DNA from: Candidatus Nomurabacteria bacterium
GTDB lineage: Bacteria; Patescibacteriota; Minisyncoccia; Phycocordibacterales; UBA9973
Length of the DNA: 64,000 nt
Direction: 5' to 3'
Assembly (NCBI GenBank): GCA_026395965.1
Contig: JAPLXS010000012.1
Span: forward strand, 115,977 to 179,976
Below are positions 1 to 9,615 of the stretch, piece after piece. The translations under genes and the position numbers were made by a program. The notes under the pieces were generated by a model, which ran no database searches, was not told the DNA's origin, and saw only the letters and a list, made by a program, of their open reading frames with translations. Every line of letters starts with the position of its first letter. Within the stretch, counting starts at the first letter, position 1.

Positions 1-1225
1 TTTCTATTAGTTTTGTAGATACACCACCAAGAGTTTCAATACCAAGAGATAAAGGTATCACATCAAGAAGAAGAACATCTTTAACATCACCTTGTAGTAC
101 TCCTGCTTGAACTGCAGCACCAAGAGCTACAACTTCATCTGGGTTTATACTTCTATTTGGTTCTTTTCCAAACAAAGCTTTTACTGCTTCAACAATAGCT
201 GGCATTCTTGTTTGACCTCCAACCATAATTATTTCATTAATCTCACTCATTTTAAATGGTGAAGCTTCCATAGCACGCTTTGTGATTTCTATTGAGCGGT
301 CTACATATTCTTGCGCCAAACTCTCAAGAGTCGCACGAGTTATCTTGATAAGGAAATGTTTTGGACCAGAAGCATCTGAAGTGATAAATGGAATATTTAC
401 TTCTGTTTCTGGTGTTGTTGAAAGCTCTATTTTTGCTTTTTCTGCAGCTTCATCTAAACGCTGAAGAGCAAGTGGGTCTTTTGTAATATCAATACCTGAT
501 TCTTTTTTGAATTCTCCAGCTAACCAATTTATTATTTTTTCATCTATATCACGACCACCCATGTGTGAGTCGCCATCTGTAGATTTTACTTCTATAACAT
601 CATTTGAAACCTCAAGAACTGATACATCGAAAGTACCTCCTCCGAAGTCGTAAACTACTATTTTTTCTTCTTTCTTTGTATTAAATCCATAAGCGAGAGC
701 TGCTGCTGTAGGCTCGTTGATAATACGCATTACATCAAGACCTGCGATAGCACCAGCATCTTTTGTTGCTTTTCTTTGTGCATCATTAAAATATGCAGGA
801 ACAGTAATAATAGCCTGAGTAACTTTTTCTCCAAGTTTTGCTTCAACATCAGCTTTTATTTTTGAAAGAATCATAGCAGATATTTCTTCTGGACGAGACC
901 ATTTATCACTGATATTTACTTCTACACCTCCATCTGTACCACCTTGAATTTTAAAGGGTGCAGTTTTTTGTGTTTTTTGTATTTCAGGATCAGCGAAATT
1001 GTGACCCATAAAACGCTTAATACCATAGATTGTATTTTGTGGGTTTGTAACTGCTTGACGCTTTGCAAGTTGACCAACTAAACGGTCGCCATTTTTTGCT
1101 ATCGCCACAATAGACGGAGTTGTTCTTGTTCCTTCTATATTTTCTATTATTTTTGGTTGACCACCTTCAATGATTGCAACCGCACTATTTGTTGTACCTA
1201 AATCGATACCGATAATTTTTGACAT
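1..1225 (-). CDS. dnaK: Molecular chaperone DnaK (Hsp70), N-terminal part; C-terminus lies beyond the window start
   Basis: Reverse translation from the ATG at 1225-1223 gives [18 protein letters not shown]... followed by canonical Hsp70 ATPase-domain motifs (DLGGGTFD-like region further in). Confidence 0.93.
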   Translation of the reverse strand, partial: MSKIIGIDLGTTNSAVAIIEGGQPKIIENIEGTRTTPSIVAIAKNGDRLVGQLAKRQAVTNPQNTIYGIKRFMGHNFADPEIQKTQKTAPFKIQGGTDGGVEVNISDKWSRPEEISAMILSKIKADVEAKLGEKVTQAIITVPAYFNDAQRKATKDAGAIAGLDVMRIINEPTAAALAYGFNTKKEEKIVVYDFGGGTFDVSVLEVSNDVIEVKSTDGDSHMGGRDIDEKIINWLAGEFKKESGIDITKDPLALQRLDEAAEKAKIELSTTPETEVNIPFITSDASGPKHFLIKITRATLESLAQEYVDRSIEITKRAMEASPFKMSEINEIIMVGGQTRMPAIVEAVKALFGKEPNRSINPDEVVALGAAVQAGVLQGDVKDVLLLDVIPLSLGIETLGGVSTKLIE

Positions 1226-1342
1226 ATATTTTTATATTTAATTAATAATTGATAATAAAATATTAAATATTTTAAATAAATCGTATTATTTAAAATATAT
1301 AAAAATATTATATACTATGAAATATAATTATACAAGCATTTC

Positions 1343-1945
1343 GTGCTCACGAAACTATTGTATAATATCAAATATAGTGTTAATATACTCAACATGATAA
1401 AGAAACCTTCTATCCAAAGGGCAATATTTAAAACTTTAGCTGGTAAAAATGCTGTTTCTTTTGAATCTCTTAAAAATGACGTTGAGAATACTATAAAAGA
1501 TATATATAAAGGTAAAAATAAGCCAGAATATGCAATATCTAGATCTATAAAGAACCTAGCTGAAGATGGATTAGTAGAGTGTTTTCAGTCCGAATATCAA
1601 CAATATTTCCGGTTGTCTACTGAAGGTAAAAAACGTTTCAATAATAGTACATTAGACAATGATACAGGACTTATTTCTAATGAATGGGATGGATACTGGA
1701 GAATGATAATACTTGATCTTCCAGAAGACCGTAAAAATGAACGCGAAGCTCTTCGTTATTTACTAAAGAAAGCAGGGTTTATTTGTATAAAAAATTCAGT
1801 ATGGATTTCTATGTACCCTTATGAGCATTTATTCACGAACATAAAAAAAGATCTTGGTCTAAAAACTGAAATGATGATAATAGTTACAGACAAAGTAGAC
1901 TCTGAAACTGAAAATGAATTTTTCTTAATTTGTAAAGCAAAATAA
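1343..1945 (+). CDS. Hypothetical winged-helix regulator, PaaX-like; the real start may be the internal Met near 1394
   Basis: 200-aa ORF. C-terminal region WDGYWRMIILDLPEDRKNEREALRYLLKKAGF resembles the PaaX C-terminal domain. Sits between grpE and dnaK on the opposite strand. Confidence 0.4.
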   Translation: MLTKLLYNIKYSVNILNMIKKPSIQRAIFKTLAGKNAVSFESLKNDVENTIKDIYKGKNKPEYAISRSIKNLAEDGLVECFQSEYQQYFRLSTEGKKRFNNSTLDNDTGLISNEWDGYWRMIILDLPEDRKNEREALRYLLKKAGFICIKNSVWISMYPYEHLFTNIKKDLGLKTEMMIIVTDKVDSETENEFFLICKAK

Positions 1946-2062
1946 ATTTATTAAAATTATTTATCACAGAGGAAACATTTGATATAAAAAAAATAAAATC
2001 ATTCTGATAAATAAAAACATCCAATATCTATAGGAATAGATGTTGGATATTTTTATTTCAAT

Positions 2063-2647
2063 TTATTTTTTATATTCGTAAATATTTACTCTCGCTGGTC
2101 GTATAACTCTATCACCTATTTTGTATCCTGCTTGAATTATTTTTTCAATAGTGTGATCTTTGCTTTCATCATCAGTAGCAACACTTTCCATAGACTGGTG
2201 AATATTTGGGTCAAAAGAAATATTACTTTTATCAATCTTTTCAACACCAGAGTCAGATAAACTATTTATAAATTGCTGATATATATACTCAACACCTACA
2301 CGCCAATTTTGATCAACTTTTTCCCATGCATCTTTATTTGCAAATGCCATATCAAAACTATCAAGAGCAGGCAAAAGATTTTCAACTATTTTTTCTTTAG
2401 TAAGCAATGATGTATTTGCACGAACTTGATCCATTTCTTTTTGTAAATTTACATAATCTGCTTTTGCTCTTTGCCAACCTGTGAGATATTCTTCTTTGTC
2501 AGAGCGTACTTGTTTTAAATCTTCACGTAATTTTTTGACTACATCTTTTGTGGGCAAAGCTTCACCGTCTTCATTGCTGTCTACATAAGATATATCTGAT
2601 TCAATAGATTCTTCTGTTGTTTTATTTATTATTTCTTCATCATTCAT
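2063..2647 (-). CDS. grpE: Nucleotide exchange factor GrpE
   Basis: 194 aa with an acidic N-terminus, a coiled-coil region (DYVNLQKEMDQVRAN) and a C-terminal beta-domain ending ...GDRVIRPARV, typical of GrpE. Confidence 0.85.
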   Translation of the reverse strand: MNDEEIINKTTEESIESDISYVDSNEDGEALPTKDVVKKLREDLKQVRSDKEEYLTGWQRAKADYVNLQKEMDQVRANTSLLTKEKIVENLLPALDSFDMAFANKDAWEKVDQNWRVGVEYIYQQFINSLSDSGVEKIDKSNISFDPNIHQSMESVATDDESKDHTIEKIIQAGYKIGDRVIRPARVNIYEYKK

Positions 2648-2680
2648 AATATATATTATACAATTATTTATTAAATAAAC

Positions 2681-2703
2681 AAAAAGCCCCCTAAGGGGCT
2701 TTT
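2681..2703. terminator. Bidirectional rho-independent terminator hairpin downstream of rpsI
   Basis: aaaaaGCCCCcTAAgGGGGCttttatt is a GC stem flanked by an A-run and a T-run. Confidence 0.6.
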
Positions 2704-2704
2704 A

Positions 2705-3115
2705 TTAACGCTTACTCCATTGTGGAGCCTTACGAGCTTTCTTGAGTCCGAATTTTTTACGTTCAACTTGACGAGGATCGCGTTTAAGCATTTTAGCCTT
2801 CTTAAGAACACCACGAAGTTCTCCATCTTGTAGAACAAGAGCACGAGATATACCGTGACGAACTGCTTCAGCTTGGGAATGTATTCCTCCGCCTTTAGTA
2901 GTTACAACAACTTCAAATTTCTCAGCTGGTGTTGCAGTTTCAAAAGCAGAAGTCACAATCTTTTTTAGGTCAGCAGTTTTAAAGTATTCAGTTAAATCCT
3001 TTCCATTTATTGAATAAGTATTTTTTGAAGCCTTGTAAAGACGAACAACAGCTGTAGCAGTCTTGCGACGACCGATGGCTCTGAAATATTCTTTTGTTGT
3101 TGATTTTTTTTCCAT
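2705..3115 (-). CDS. rpsI: 30S ribosomal protein S9
   Basis: YFRAIGRRKTATAVVRL...GGGIHSQAEAVRHGISRAL...PQWSKR is the canonical S9 sequence. Confidence 0.93.
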   Translation of the reverse strand: MEKKSTTKEYFRAIGRRKTATAVVRLYKASKNTYSINGKDLTEYFKTADLKKIVTSAFETATPAEKFEVVVTTKGGGIHSQAEAVRHGISRALVLQDGELRGVLKKAKMLKRDPRQVERKKFGLKKARKAPQWSKR

Positions 3116-3120
3116 GTTAT

Positions 3121-3471
3121 TTAATCTTTTATTGTTAAACGCTTCATCATTAGAGGTCTAAGCTTGTTTGCTGGAAGCATTCCGTATACTGCTAATTCGT
3201 ACAAACCTTGCCATCCCTTTTTGTCTATAATCTTGGCATTTGTTTTTGTTTTGAATCCGCCTGGATGTCCTGAGTATGTTTCGTGTAGTGTTTCTTTCAT
3301 GCGGCGTTCTGACATTTTTGTCTTACCTGCATTTGTGATTGTGACGATAACATCAGCAACCTTGTTTGGAACATAGTCTATAGAAGTTTTACCCATAAGG
3401 ATTTTTGCGGCTGCACTTGAAACAAATCCTAGTGTCTTACCTTCTGCATCAATTGTATGTCTAGTAGTCAT
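3121..3471 (-). CDS. rplM: 50S ribosomal protein L13
   Basis: MTTRHTIDAEGKTLG...VYGMLPANKLRPLMMKRL matches L13. Confidence 0.9.
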   Translation of the reverse strand: MTTRHTIDAEGKTLGFVSSAAAKILMGKTSIDYVPNKVADVIVTITNAGKTKMSERRMKETLHETYSGHPGGFKTKTNAKIIDKKGWQGLYELAVYGMLPANKLRPLMMKRLTIKD

Positions 3472-3476
3472 ATATA

Positions 3477-3830
3477 TTATATAAATTCGATAATTGCCAT
3501 TTTACTTGCATCTCCTTGTCGACGTGGGAGTTTGGTAATGCGAGTATAACCGCCGGCTTGTCCTTTGTATTTTGGTGCAATCTCATCAATAAGTTTATTT
3601 GCTTCAGCAGTAAGATTGTATAAACGTGAAATAACTAAACGTCTTGAAGCAAGAGTTCCAACATTTGCCTTTGTAACCATCTTTTCTATAGTAGGACGTA
3701 GTTCCTTTGCTTTAGCTTCTGTTGTTTGTATCTTTCCGTGAGCAATAAGCGCTAACATAAGACCCTTTAGTAGGGCGTGGCGCTGACTCTTGTCTCTCCC
3801 AAATTTTCGTACATTATTACCGTGTCTCAT
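3477..3830 (-). CDS. rplQ: 50S ribosomal protein L17
   Basis: MRHGNNVRKFGRDKSQRHALLKGL...GGYTRITKLPRRQGD matches L17. Confidence 0.92.
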   Translation of the reverse strand: MRHGNNVRKFGRDKSQRHALLKGLMLALIAHGKIQTTEAKAKELRPTIEKMVTKANVGTLASRRLVISRLYNLTAEANKLIDEIAPKYKGQAGGYTRITKLPRRQGDASKMAIIEFI

Positions 3831-3858
3831 ATATTATTACTTATTACTAAATTACTAA

Positions 3859-4836
3859 TTATTTAAGTGTTATTCCGTAAACACCAAGGACTTTTTTAAT
3901 TTCTTGGATACCTTTATCTCCAATTCCTTCAATTTCTAATAAATCTTCTTTCTTTTTTCTAGCAATACCTCCTATTGTTCGGATATTTGCACCAGTCAAA
4001 GAATTCAAAGTACGAGTAGACAAATCTAGAGTATCGATTCTTGTTTTTAGAATATCTGTAAATTCACTACTTTCTTCTTTTTCAGAATCATCTTTTTTAT
4101 CAGTTACTTCTTCTTTTTCTATTTCTTTTCCGATAACTCGGTGAGAAACAGTAAATCCTACAATTGCTTGTAATTGTTCTACCATAACAGTGATAGCTCT
4201 TTCAAGTGCCTCACGGGGTGTTAGAGTTCCATCTGTTTCGATAGTCATACGTAAACGATTGTGGTTTGTTTTGTCTCCAACACGCATATTTTCTACTTCG
4301 TATGATACGCGACGTATTGGAGTGAATATAGCATCAAGAGATATAACACCAACTTCATTCTTGTTTTTCTGGTGCATTTCTTTTGGCATAAAACCTAATC
4401 CTTTTTCTACTGTCATTTCAATAGAAAGAGCATTTTTTCCAGTTACTTCTGCTATATATAAATCACCATTTAAAACTTCAACTTGTCCTGAAGTTTCTAT
4501 ATCACTTGCTGTTATTTGTTTTGGTCCTTTAACTTGAAGCTTAACAGTTTGTGGCTCATCAGTATTTAAACGAAAACGAACCTGTTTAAGATGAAGCAGG
4601 ATTGTTATAACATCTTCTTTTACACCATCAATAACAGAAAATTCATGATCTACGCCATCTATTTTAATAGATGTAATAGCAGCACCTGTCAAAGATGACA
4701 AGATAATACGACGAAGAGAATTACCCAAGGTATGTCCATACCCAGGATAAAGACCGTCTATTTCATAAACACCATTTGTACCTACCTCGGAAACGATAGA
4801 TAATTTTGATGGAAGTATAATATTTAAATCAGACAT
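3859..4836 (-). CDS. rpoA: DNA-directed RNA polymerase subunit alpha
   Basis: 325 aa with an N-terminal dimerisation domain ([22 protein letters not shown]-like: [18 protein letters not shown]) and a C-terminal CTD with an HhH; sits in the conserved rpsD-rpoA-rplQ order. Confidence 0.93.
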   Translation of the reverse strand: [325 protein letters not shown]

Positions 4837-4905
4837 AGTTATATGATGTTGGAAAGCTTTATGCTTTCATAATTATTTATTAATAAAAATTAACCATAAG
4901 CTAAT

Positions 4906-5514
4906 CTAACGACTGTAGAATTCTAATACGGTATTTAGATCAATGTATCCTTCAGTGTTTTTAGGTTTACCTTGTATTTTTCCAGAAAGACTTTCAGCAT
5001 TGAACATTAACCAGTTTGGACATGTGTAATCTTTCATTTTATTTACCATATCTCCAAATAATACACTCTTTTTACTACCTTCACGAATAGCTATTATATC
5101 TCCAACTTGTACTCTTTGTGAAGCTACTGTTGTCTTTTTTCCGTTTACGAGAATATGACCATGAGAGACCATCTGACGTGAAAGACGACGTGAATTTGTA
5201 AGTCCTAATCTGTATACAACATTGTCTAGTCTATTTTCTAACAATTCAAAAAGATAATCAGTTGCAATAGTACCTTTATGGTTTACAACTTCTTTGATGT
5301 AATTTGAAAATTGCTTTTCACTTATTCCATACATAAAACGAACCTTCTGCTTTTCTATGAACTGAGTTGCATAGCCAGAAAGAGGTTTTGGTCTTTTCTT
5401 TTTAGAATTTTTAGCATGGCGAGCTTCTGATGCAGCAAATTTGGCTGTTTGACATTTTTCAAACACACCTGGACCTAATCTTCTGCAAATTTTATATTGT
5501 TGGACTGTTTTCAT
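4906..5514 (-). CDS. rpsD: 30S ribosomal protein S4
   Basis: N-terminal C4 zinc-ribbon region (CRRLG...KC) and an S4 RNA-binding domain (RLDNVVYRLGLTNSRRLSRQMVSHGHILVNGKK). Confidence 0.9.
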   Translation of the reverse strand: MKTVQQYKICRRLGPGVFEKCQTAKFAASEARHAKNSKKKRPKPLSGYATQFIEKQKVRFMYGISEKQFSNYIKEVVNHKGTIATDYLFELLENRLDNVVYRLGLTNSRRLSRQMVSHGHILVNGKKTTVASQRVQVGDIIAIREGSKKSVLFGDMVNKMKDYTCPNWLMFNAESLSGKIQGKPKNTEGYIDLNTVLEFYSR

Positions 5515-5519
5515 AATTT

Positions 5520-5966
5520 TTATACTCTACGAGGCTTCTTAGGTTTAGGACCGTTGTGAGGAACCGGTGTTACGTCATTTACTCCTGTGATTTCTATATC
5601 ATAAGCCATAAATGCACGAATGGTAGGCTCACGACCACTACCTACTCCTTTAACTTTTACATCAACTTCTTTGATTCCCAATGCTTTTGCTTTTTCTCCT
5701 ATTATAGATCCTGCTTTTGAAGCAGCAAAAGGTGTACCTTTCTTTGCTCCTTTGAAGCCCAATGCTCCAGCGGATGTCCAGAATAATGTATTACCTTCTT
5801 TATCAGATAAAACGATTTTTGTATTATTAAAAGTGGCCTCTACGTGTAGAGTGCCAGCGATAATTTTCTTCTTAGGAGTTTTACCACCTGTTTTAGGTGT
5901 TTCAACAACTTTGTCTGAAATTTCTTTTTTATCTTCTTCTTTTGTTGTAATTTTTATCTTTCCCAT
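5520..5966 (-). CDS. rpsK: 30S ribosomal protein S11, with a Lys-rich N-terminal extension
   Basis: ...HVEATFNNTKIVLSD..GNTLFWTSAG...REPTIRAF...GVNDVTPVPHNG is conserved S11. Confidence 0.9.
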   Translation of the reverse strand: MGKIKITTKEEDKKEISDKVVETPKTGGKTPKKKIIAGTLHVEATFNNTKIVLSDKEGNTLFWTSAGALGFKGAKKGTPFAASKAGSIIGEKAKALGIKEVDVKVKGVGSGREPTIRAFMAYDIEITGVNDVTPVPHNGPKPKKPRRV

Positions 5967-6038
5967 ATTTTTAATTAGTTTCTAGTAATTAGTTTCTAGT
6001 TTCTAGTAAGTCCAGAATTTGGAATCTAGAATCTAATC

Positions 6039-6419
6039 CTAAGTCTTTTCAGCTTTTCTTCTACCACTACCCATGGTCTTTCTAACATTTCCACGAACAG
6101 TACGTGAATTAGTTTTTGTTCTTTGACCATTAACAGGAAGACGGCGCATATGTCTAATACCTCTGTATGCTTTGATATCTTTTAGTCTTTTTATGTTTGA
6201 AGCAACTTCACGCTTTAAAGTACCTTCTATAGACATACCTTCTATGATTTTACGAATTGTATTTTCCTGATCAACAGTAAGAACATCTCCTTTTATAGTT
6301 CTTTCAATACCAGCTTCGTCTAAAATCTTTCTTGAACGTGATAGACCAATACCATAAAGGACTGTTAATCCTACGTCTAAATGTTTATTGTTTGGGATAG
6401 TAATACCGAGAATTCTCAT
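6039..6419 (-). CDS. rpsM: 30S ribosomal protein S13
   Basis: MRILGITIPNNKHLDVGLTVLYGIGLSRSRKILDEAGI... matches S13. Confidence 0.92.
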   Translation of the reverse strand: MRILGITIPNNKHLDVGLTVLYGIGLSRSRKILDEAGIERTIKGDVLTVDQENTIRKIIEGMSIEGTLKREVASNIKRLKDIKAYRGIRHMRRLPVNGQRTKTNSRTVRGNVRKTMGSGRRKAEKT

Positions 6420-6425
6420 ATAAAA

Positions 6426-6536
6426 TTATTGTTTTTGTTTATGTTTAGGATTATCGCAAATAACACGAAGATGACCACTTCGCTTGATTAACTTACATTT
6501 TGTACAAATTTTCTTTACTGCAGATTTAATTTTCAT
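6426..6536 (-). CDS. rpmJ: 50S ribosomal protein L36
   Basis: Not in the ORF track because it is under 60 aa. Reverse translation gives [36 protein letters not shown], the canonical L36 with its C3H zinc ribbon, between rpsM and infA. Confidence 0.88.
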   Translation of the reverse strand: MKIKSAVKKICTKCKLIKRSGHLRVICDNPKHKQKQ

Positions 6537-6643
6537 ATTTTATCTATAATGCTAAAGAAAAATATATAGGGTTTCTACCCTGTATATTTATTACATAAGC
6601 ATATATCCTTTTATAGTACACTACTTTAATAAAATAAGCAAGA

Positions 6644-6859
6644 CTAGTTTCTTTTAATAATTCTTCCTTTGCCACCGTATGGATCAAGTAGAACTTCTAC
6701 TTTGTCACCTAACAATACTTTTATTCTATGCATGCGCATTTTGCCTGCAAGATAAGATAGTATTATTTTACCATCCCCTATATCAACTCTAAAAAGAGTG
6801 TTAGGAAGGGCTTCCGTAACAGTTCCGATAACAGTGTTTTTGTCGTCTTTTTGATTCAT
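6644..6859 (-). CDS. infA: Translation initiation factor IF-1
   Basis: 71 aa; GTVTEALPNTLFRVDIGDGKIILSYLAGKMRMHRIKVLLGDKVEVLLDPYGGKGRIIKR is the S1-like IF-1 sequence. Confidence 0.92.
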   Translation of the reverse strand: MNQKDDKNTVIGTVTEALPNTLFRVDIGDGKIILSYLAGKMRMHRIKVLLGDKVEVLLDPYGGKGRIIKRN

Positions 6860-7019
6860 TAATGCTTTTACAATATAACAAAAATTATATTTTTAGTCAA
6901 ATTATTTATGTATTTTTTTATACCGATGAGTAAAAGTCGATACTTATTTTTAATTTTTAAAATAAAAATATATTATTTTACTCAGAATCCACTAAATTTT
7001 ATATAAATATATACAATAT

Positions 7020-8375
7020 TTATTTTAAAATTATATTTATTTTTGATAAATCATTTGGAATAGATTTTTGCCATATTGGGAAAATGTTTATTAGAGCAGA
7101 CGATACTCCTGGGTCTTGTCTAAAAATCGATGGTGCATTTCCCTTGTTAATTCCTATTAGTTTAGTTTTAAGCAATTCAACATCTGGATTCCACATAGCA
7201 TCTAAGCTTCCTGATAAATAAAATGAAACTGAGCTAATATCTTTTGAAATAACTTGGTCTTTATTTATAAAATTAAAAGTAAGCTTACTTAAGTCAGAAA
7301 TATTTATTTCTTTTAACTCAACTCCTGTGATTTGTGATAATGAAATTTTAATTATATTATTTATTAGACTTTTTTCTTTAATTAAAATAACAGACAAAGT
7401 ACCTTCAATCTGAACTTCTGATTCAGGGGTTTTGGATAAATTATTATCTAGAACTTTATAAGAAAATGTCGATGCATCTGGATACAAAATATATCCTGGG
7501 TAAACAGAAGATTGAACTTTTTTAAATATATCATTTCTTAGAGAAGTTTTAGCTAATTCATCGATATTTTTAATATCCATATCACTAAAAGTATAAACTG
7601 TTCCGAGAGCACCACCTACAAATGGGGATTTTAATTTACCATAAATTTTATTATATTTTGTAGTCCCCTTGTATGACGTAATATAAAAATCTGTTGGTGA
7701 TCCATTGTAAGTATCTCCAGGGAGAAAAGCACTAAGATTTATAGTTATTTGACCGGGTATATTCTTTTTATTTTCAGTAGTATAACCTGGAATAGTAATA
7801 GCACTTTCAGTTTTATATGTTTTACCTTCGTTATCTGCAATAAATGTACCAGATGGTATCTTTTGAGGTTTTGCACTAAATTCATTATATAAAACAACAC
7901 TACCAGCAGATTTTACAGATACATCTTTTGGCTCTGTTAGAATCATTTTTTTGGATACCTTATCTGTATATATCATAACCATAATATCATCTGTCTCTCC
8001 ATTTGATTCTTTTAAAATATTAAAAGGCTTATTATTATAATTTATAAGTTGATGTTTAGGAGTTATTGTTATATCAGCTTTTTGGAAATAAATACCACCA
8101 AAATAAACAAGGACAGCAATAAATATAAATCCCAAAAAGACATATAGTAATCTATTTGACCCACCTATCTTATTTTTTAAATACGGAGTTCTTCGAATTT
8201 TTTGTTTTACAGGAGACTTTTTATTAAAATAATTATCAAATTTAGAATCTTTTAGATTATCGGCATTAAAATCTTTTTGAATATTTTTTGTCTCAATAAA
8301 AATTGGCTCTTCTTTTTTAGGAAGAACTTTTTTTTTATTATTTAATTTTATATCTTCTAAGATAATTCTCGGCAT
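7020..8375 (-). CDS. Hypothetical bitopic membrane protein (Lys-rich cytoplasmic N-terminus, one TM helix, ~350-aa extracytoplasmic domain)
   Basis: 451-aa ORF. The hydrophobic segment LLYVFLGFIFIAVLVYFGGIYF follows a basic N-terminus. No recognisable catalytic motifs. Confidence 0.5.
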   Translation of the reverse strand: MPRIILEDIKLNNKKKVLPKKEEPIFIETKNIQKDFNADNLKDSKFDNYFNKKSPVKQKIRRTPYLKNKIGGSNRLLYVFLGFIFIAVLVYFGGIYFQKADITITPKHQLINYNNKPFNILKESNGETDDIMVMIYTDKVSKKMILTEPKDVSVKSAGSVVLYNEFSAKPQKIPSGTFIADNEGKTYKTESAITIPGYTTENKKNIPGQITINLSAFLPGDTYNGSPTDFYITSYKGTTKYNKIYGKLKSPFVGGALGTVYTFSDMDIKNIDELAKTSLRNDIFKKVQSSVYPGYILYPDASTFSYKVLDNNLSKTPESEVQIEGTLSVILIKEKSLINNIIKISLSQITGVELKEINISDLSKLTFNFINKDQVISKDISSVSFYLSGSLDAMWNPDVELLKTKLIGINKGNAPSIFRQDPGVSSALINIFPIWQKSIPNDLSKINIILK

Positions 8376-8379
8376 ATTA

Positions 8380-9564
8380 TTACTTTACTATTTTTCTCAT
8401 AACTGAGATAGATTCGATCATTATAAATGGATCACAGATACCATCACCAACACTGCACATATTTAAAAATTCTGATCCTTCGATAGCAACAATTTTAAAT
8501 TTACGGCTTGAAAATTTAGATTTTAAATATTTTTCATTATTTAAAATCTGCGTAAACCAATGCATAATATCATTATCTGCTGTAAAAAAAATTGTATTGG
8601 ATAAAACGAGATCAGATGGCAATGAACCAATACATTGATTAAAAGAATCATTCCATGATTTCTCTATTGATTCAATAACTAAGTCTAACTTTTTAGTATG
8701 TTCTTTGGATAGGTTTTTGTCATTGTAAAGATTAAATAATTCTTTTGCATCTCTTAATTCTATATTCATTTTAGAACAAATCTGTTTAAAAACTGTTCTT
8801 TTTCCAAAAGGAAAAGATAAAACAGTTTTTAAAACTCCTTTTGACACTATTCCTATATCTGTTATTTCTCCACTCACATCTAAGAGTAAATACGAATCTT
8901 CGGTTACATATCTATCTCGTACTGCTAGATATGTAGCCATAGTAAAAGAAGAAAAACTAACATTAGTACTGTGATATATTTTTGATAATTCTTCGCGCAT
9001 TTTATCAAGATAGATTTTGGGTACCAACGATACCAACATATTCATTTCAAGAGATTTACACCTTTTACCCAAAGGCTCTTCTTCTACAGAGTCATCAAGA
9101 CTCACTGACATTATATTTTGCTCTATTATTTCAGGTAAGCCTTCTGATTCTCCGTATTTATTTTTAAATATTTGAACAAGATTAGATACTTCGTTTTTAA
9201 TTAGTTTAGTTGCCAAACTTTTTGAAAATATAAATGGATTTTCTTTCTTTAGCTTTATAACTCTTGTTTCAGATAAGTACCAAGGTGATGCCATTACGCA
9301 AAATATTTCATCTGGAGCACCTGATTTTTTATCATGTAAAGATTTGGCTGCAGAATAAAGAGCTGAATTCATATCCAGCATCATCAAATCAAAATCTAAA
9401 TTCTCACGAAATTTTATCTCAACATTTTTAATAGATTTTATTATCTCAGGTACTATTTTCCCATCTAAAGGTATTCGAACAATAGCTCCACCAATACTAT
9501 CTGACCCGATATCAAATATTGCAACAATGCGTTCTTTCTTTTTTGATGTAAATAAAAATCCCAT
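8380..9564 (-). CDS. Actin-like (ASKHA) ATPase, PilM/FtsA-like
   Basis: N-terminal phosphate-1-like IVAIFDIGSDSIGGAIV and a later LLLDVSGEITDIGIV (phosphate-2-like). Length 394 aa. Confidence 0.45.
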   Translation of the reverse strand: MGFLFTSKKKERIVAIFDIGSDSIGGAIVRIPLDGKIVPEIIKSIKNVEIKFRENLDFDLMMLDMNSALYSAAKSLHDKKSGAPDEIFCVMASPWYLSETRVIKLKKENPFIFSKSLATKLIKNEVSNLVQIFKNKYGESEGLPEIIEQNIMSVSLDDSVEEEPLGKRCKSLEMNMLVSLVPKIYLDKMREELSKIYHSTNVSFSSFTMATYLAVRDRYVTEDSYLLLDVSGEITDIGIVSKGVLKTVLSFPFGKRTVFKQICSKMNIELRDAKELFNLYNDKNLSKEHTKKLDLVIESIEKSWNDSFNQCIGSLPSDLVLSNTIFFTADNDIMHWFTQILNNEKYLKSKFSSRKFKIVAIEGSEFLNMCSVGDGICDPFIMIESISVMRKIVK

Positions 9565-9615
9565 AGTATATATTATACTACAGGATTAATAAAAAGTTTA
9601 ACAAATTTGGAAATA

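Noticed and set aside
3164-3376. Opposite-strand ORFs lying inside well-supported genes (3164..3376, 4190..4537, 5620..5985, 8982..9167, 10839..11039, 17580..17828, 18401..18971, 19948..20307, 24808..26165 minus-strand set, 28755..29192, 29919..30485, 47426..50152 plus-strand set, 51048..51629, 54527..55096, 57890..58129, 59506..59766, 61650..62114)
   Set aside because: Each is fully embedded antisense in a gene with strong homology-type motifs. They are low-complexity, stop-free shadows typical of AT-rich DNA
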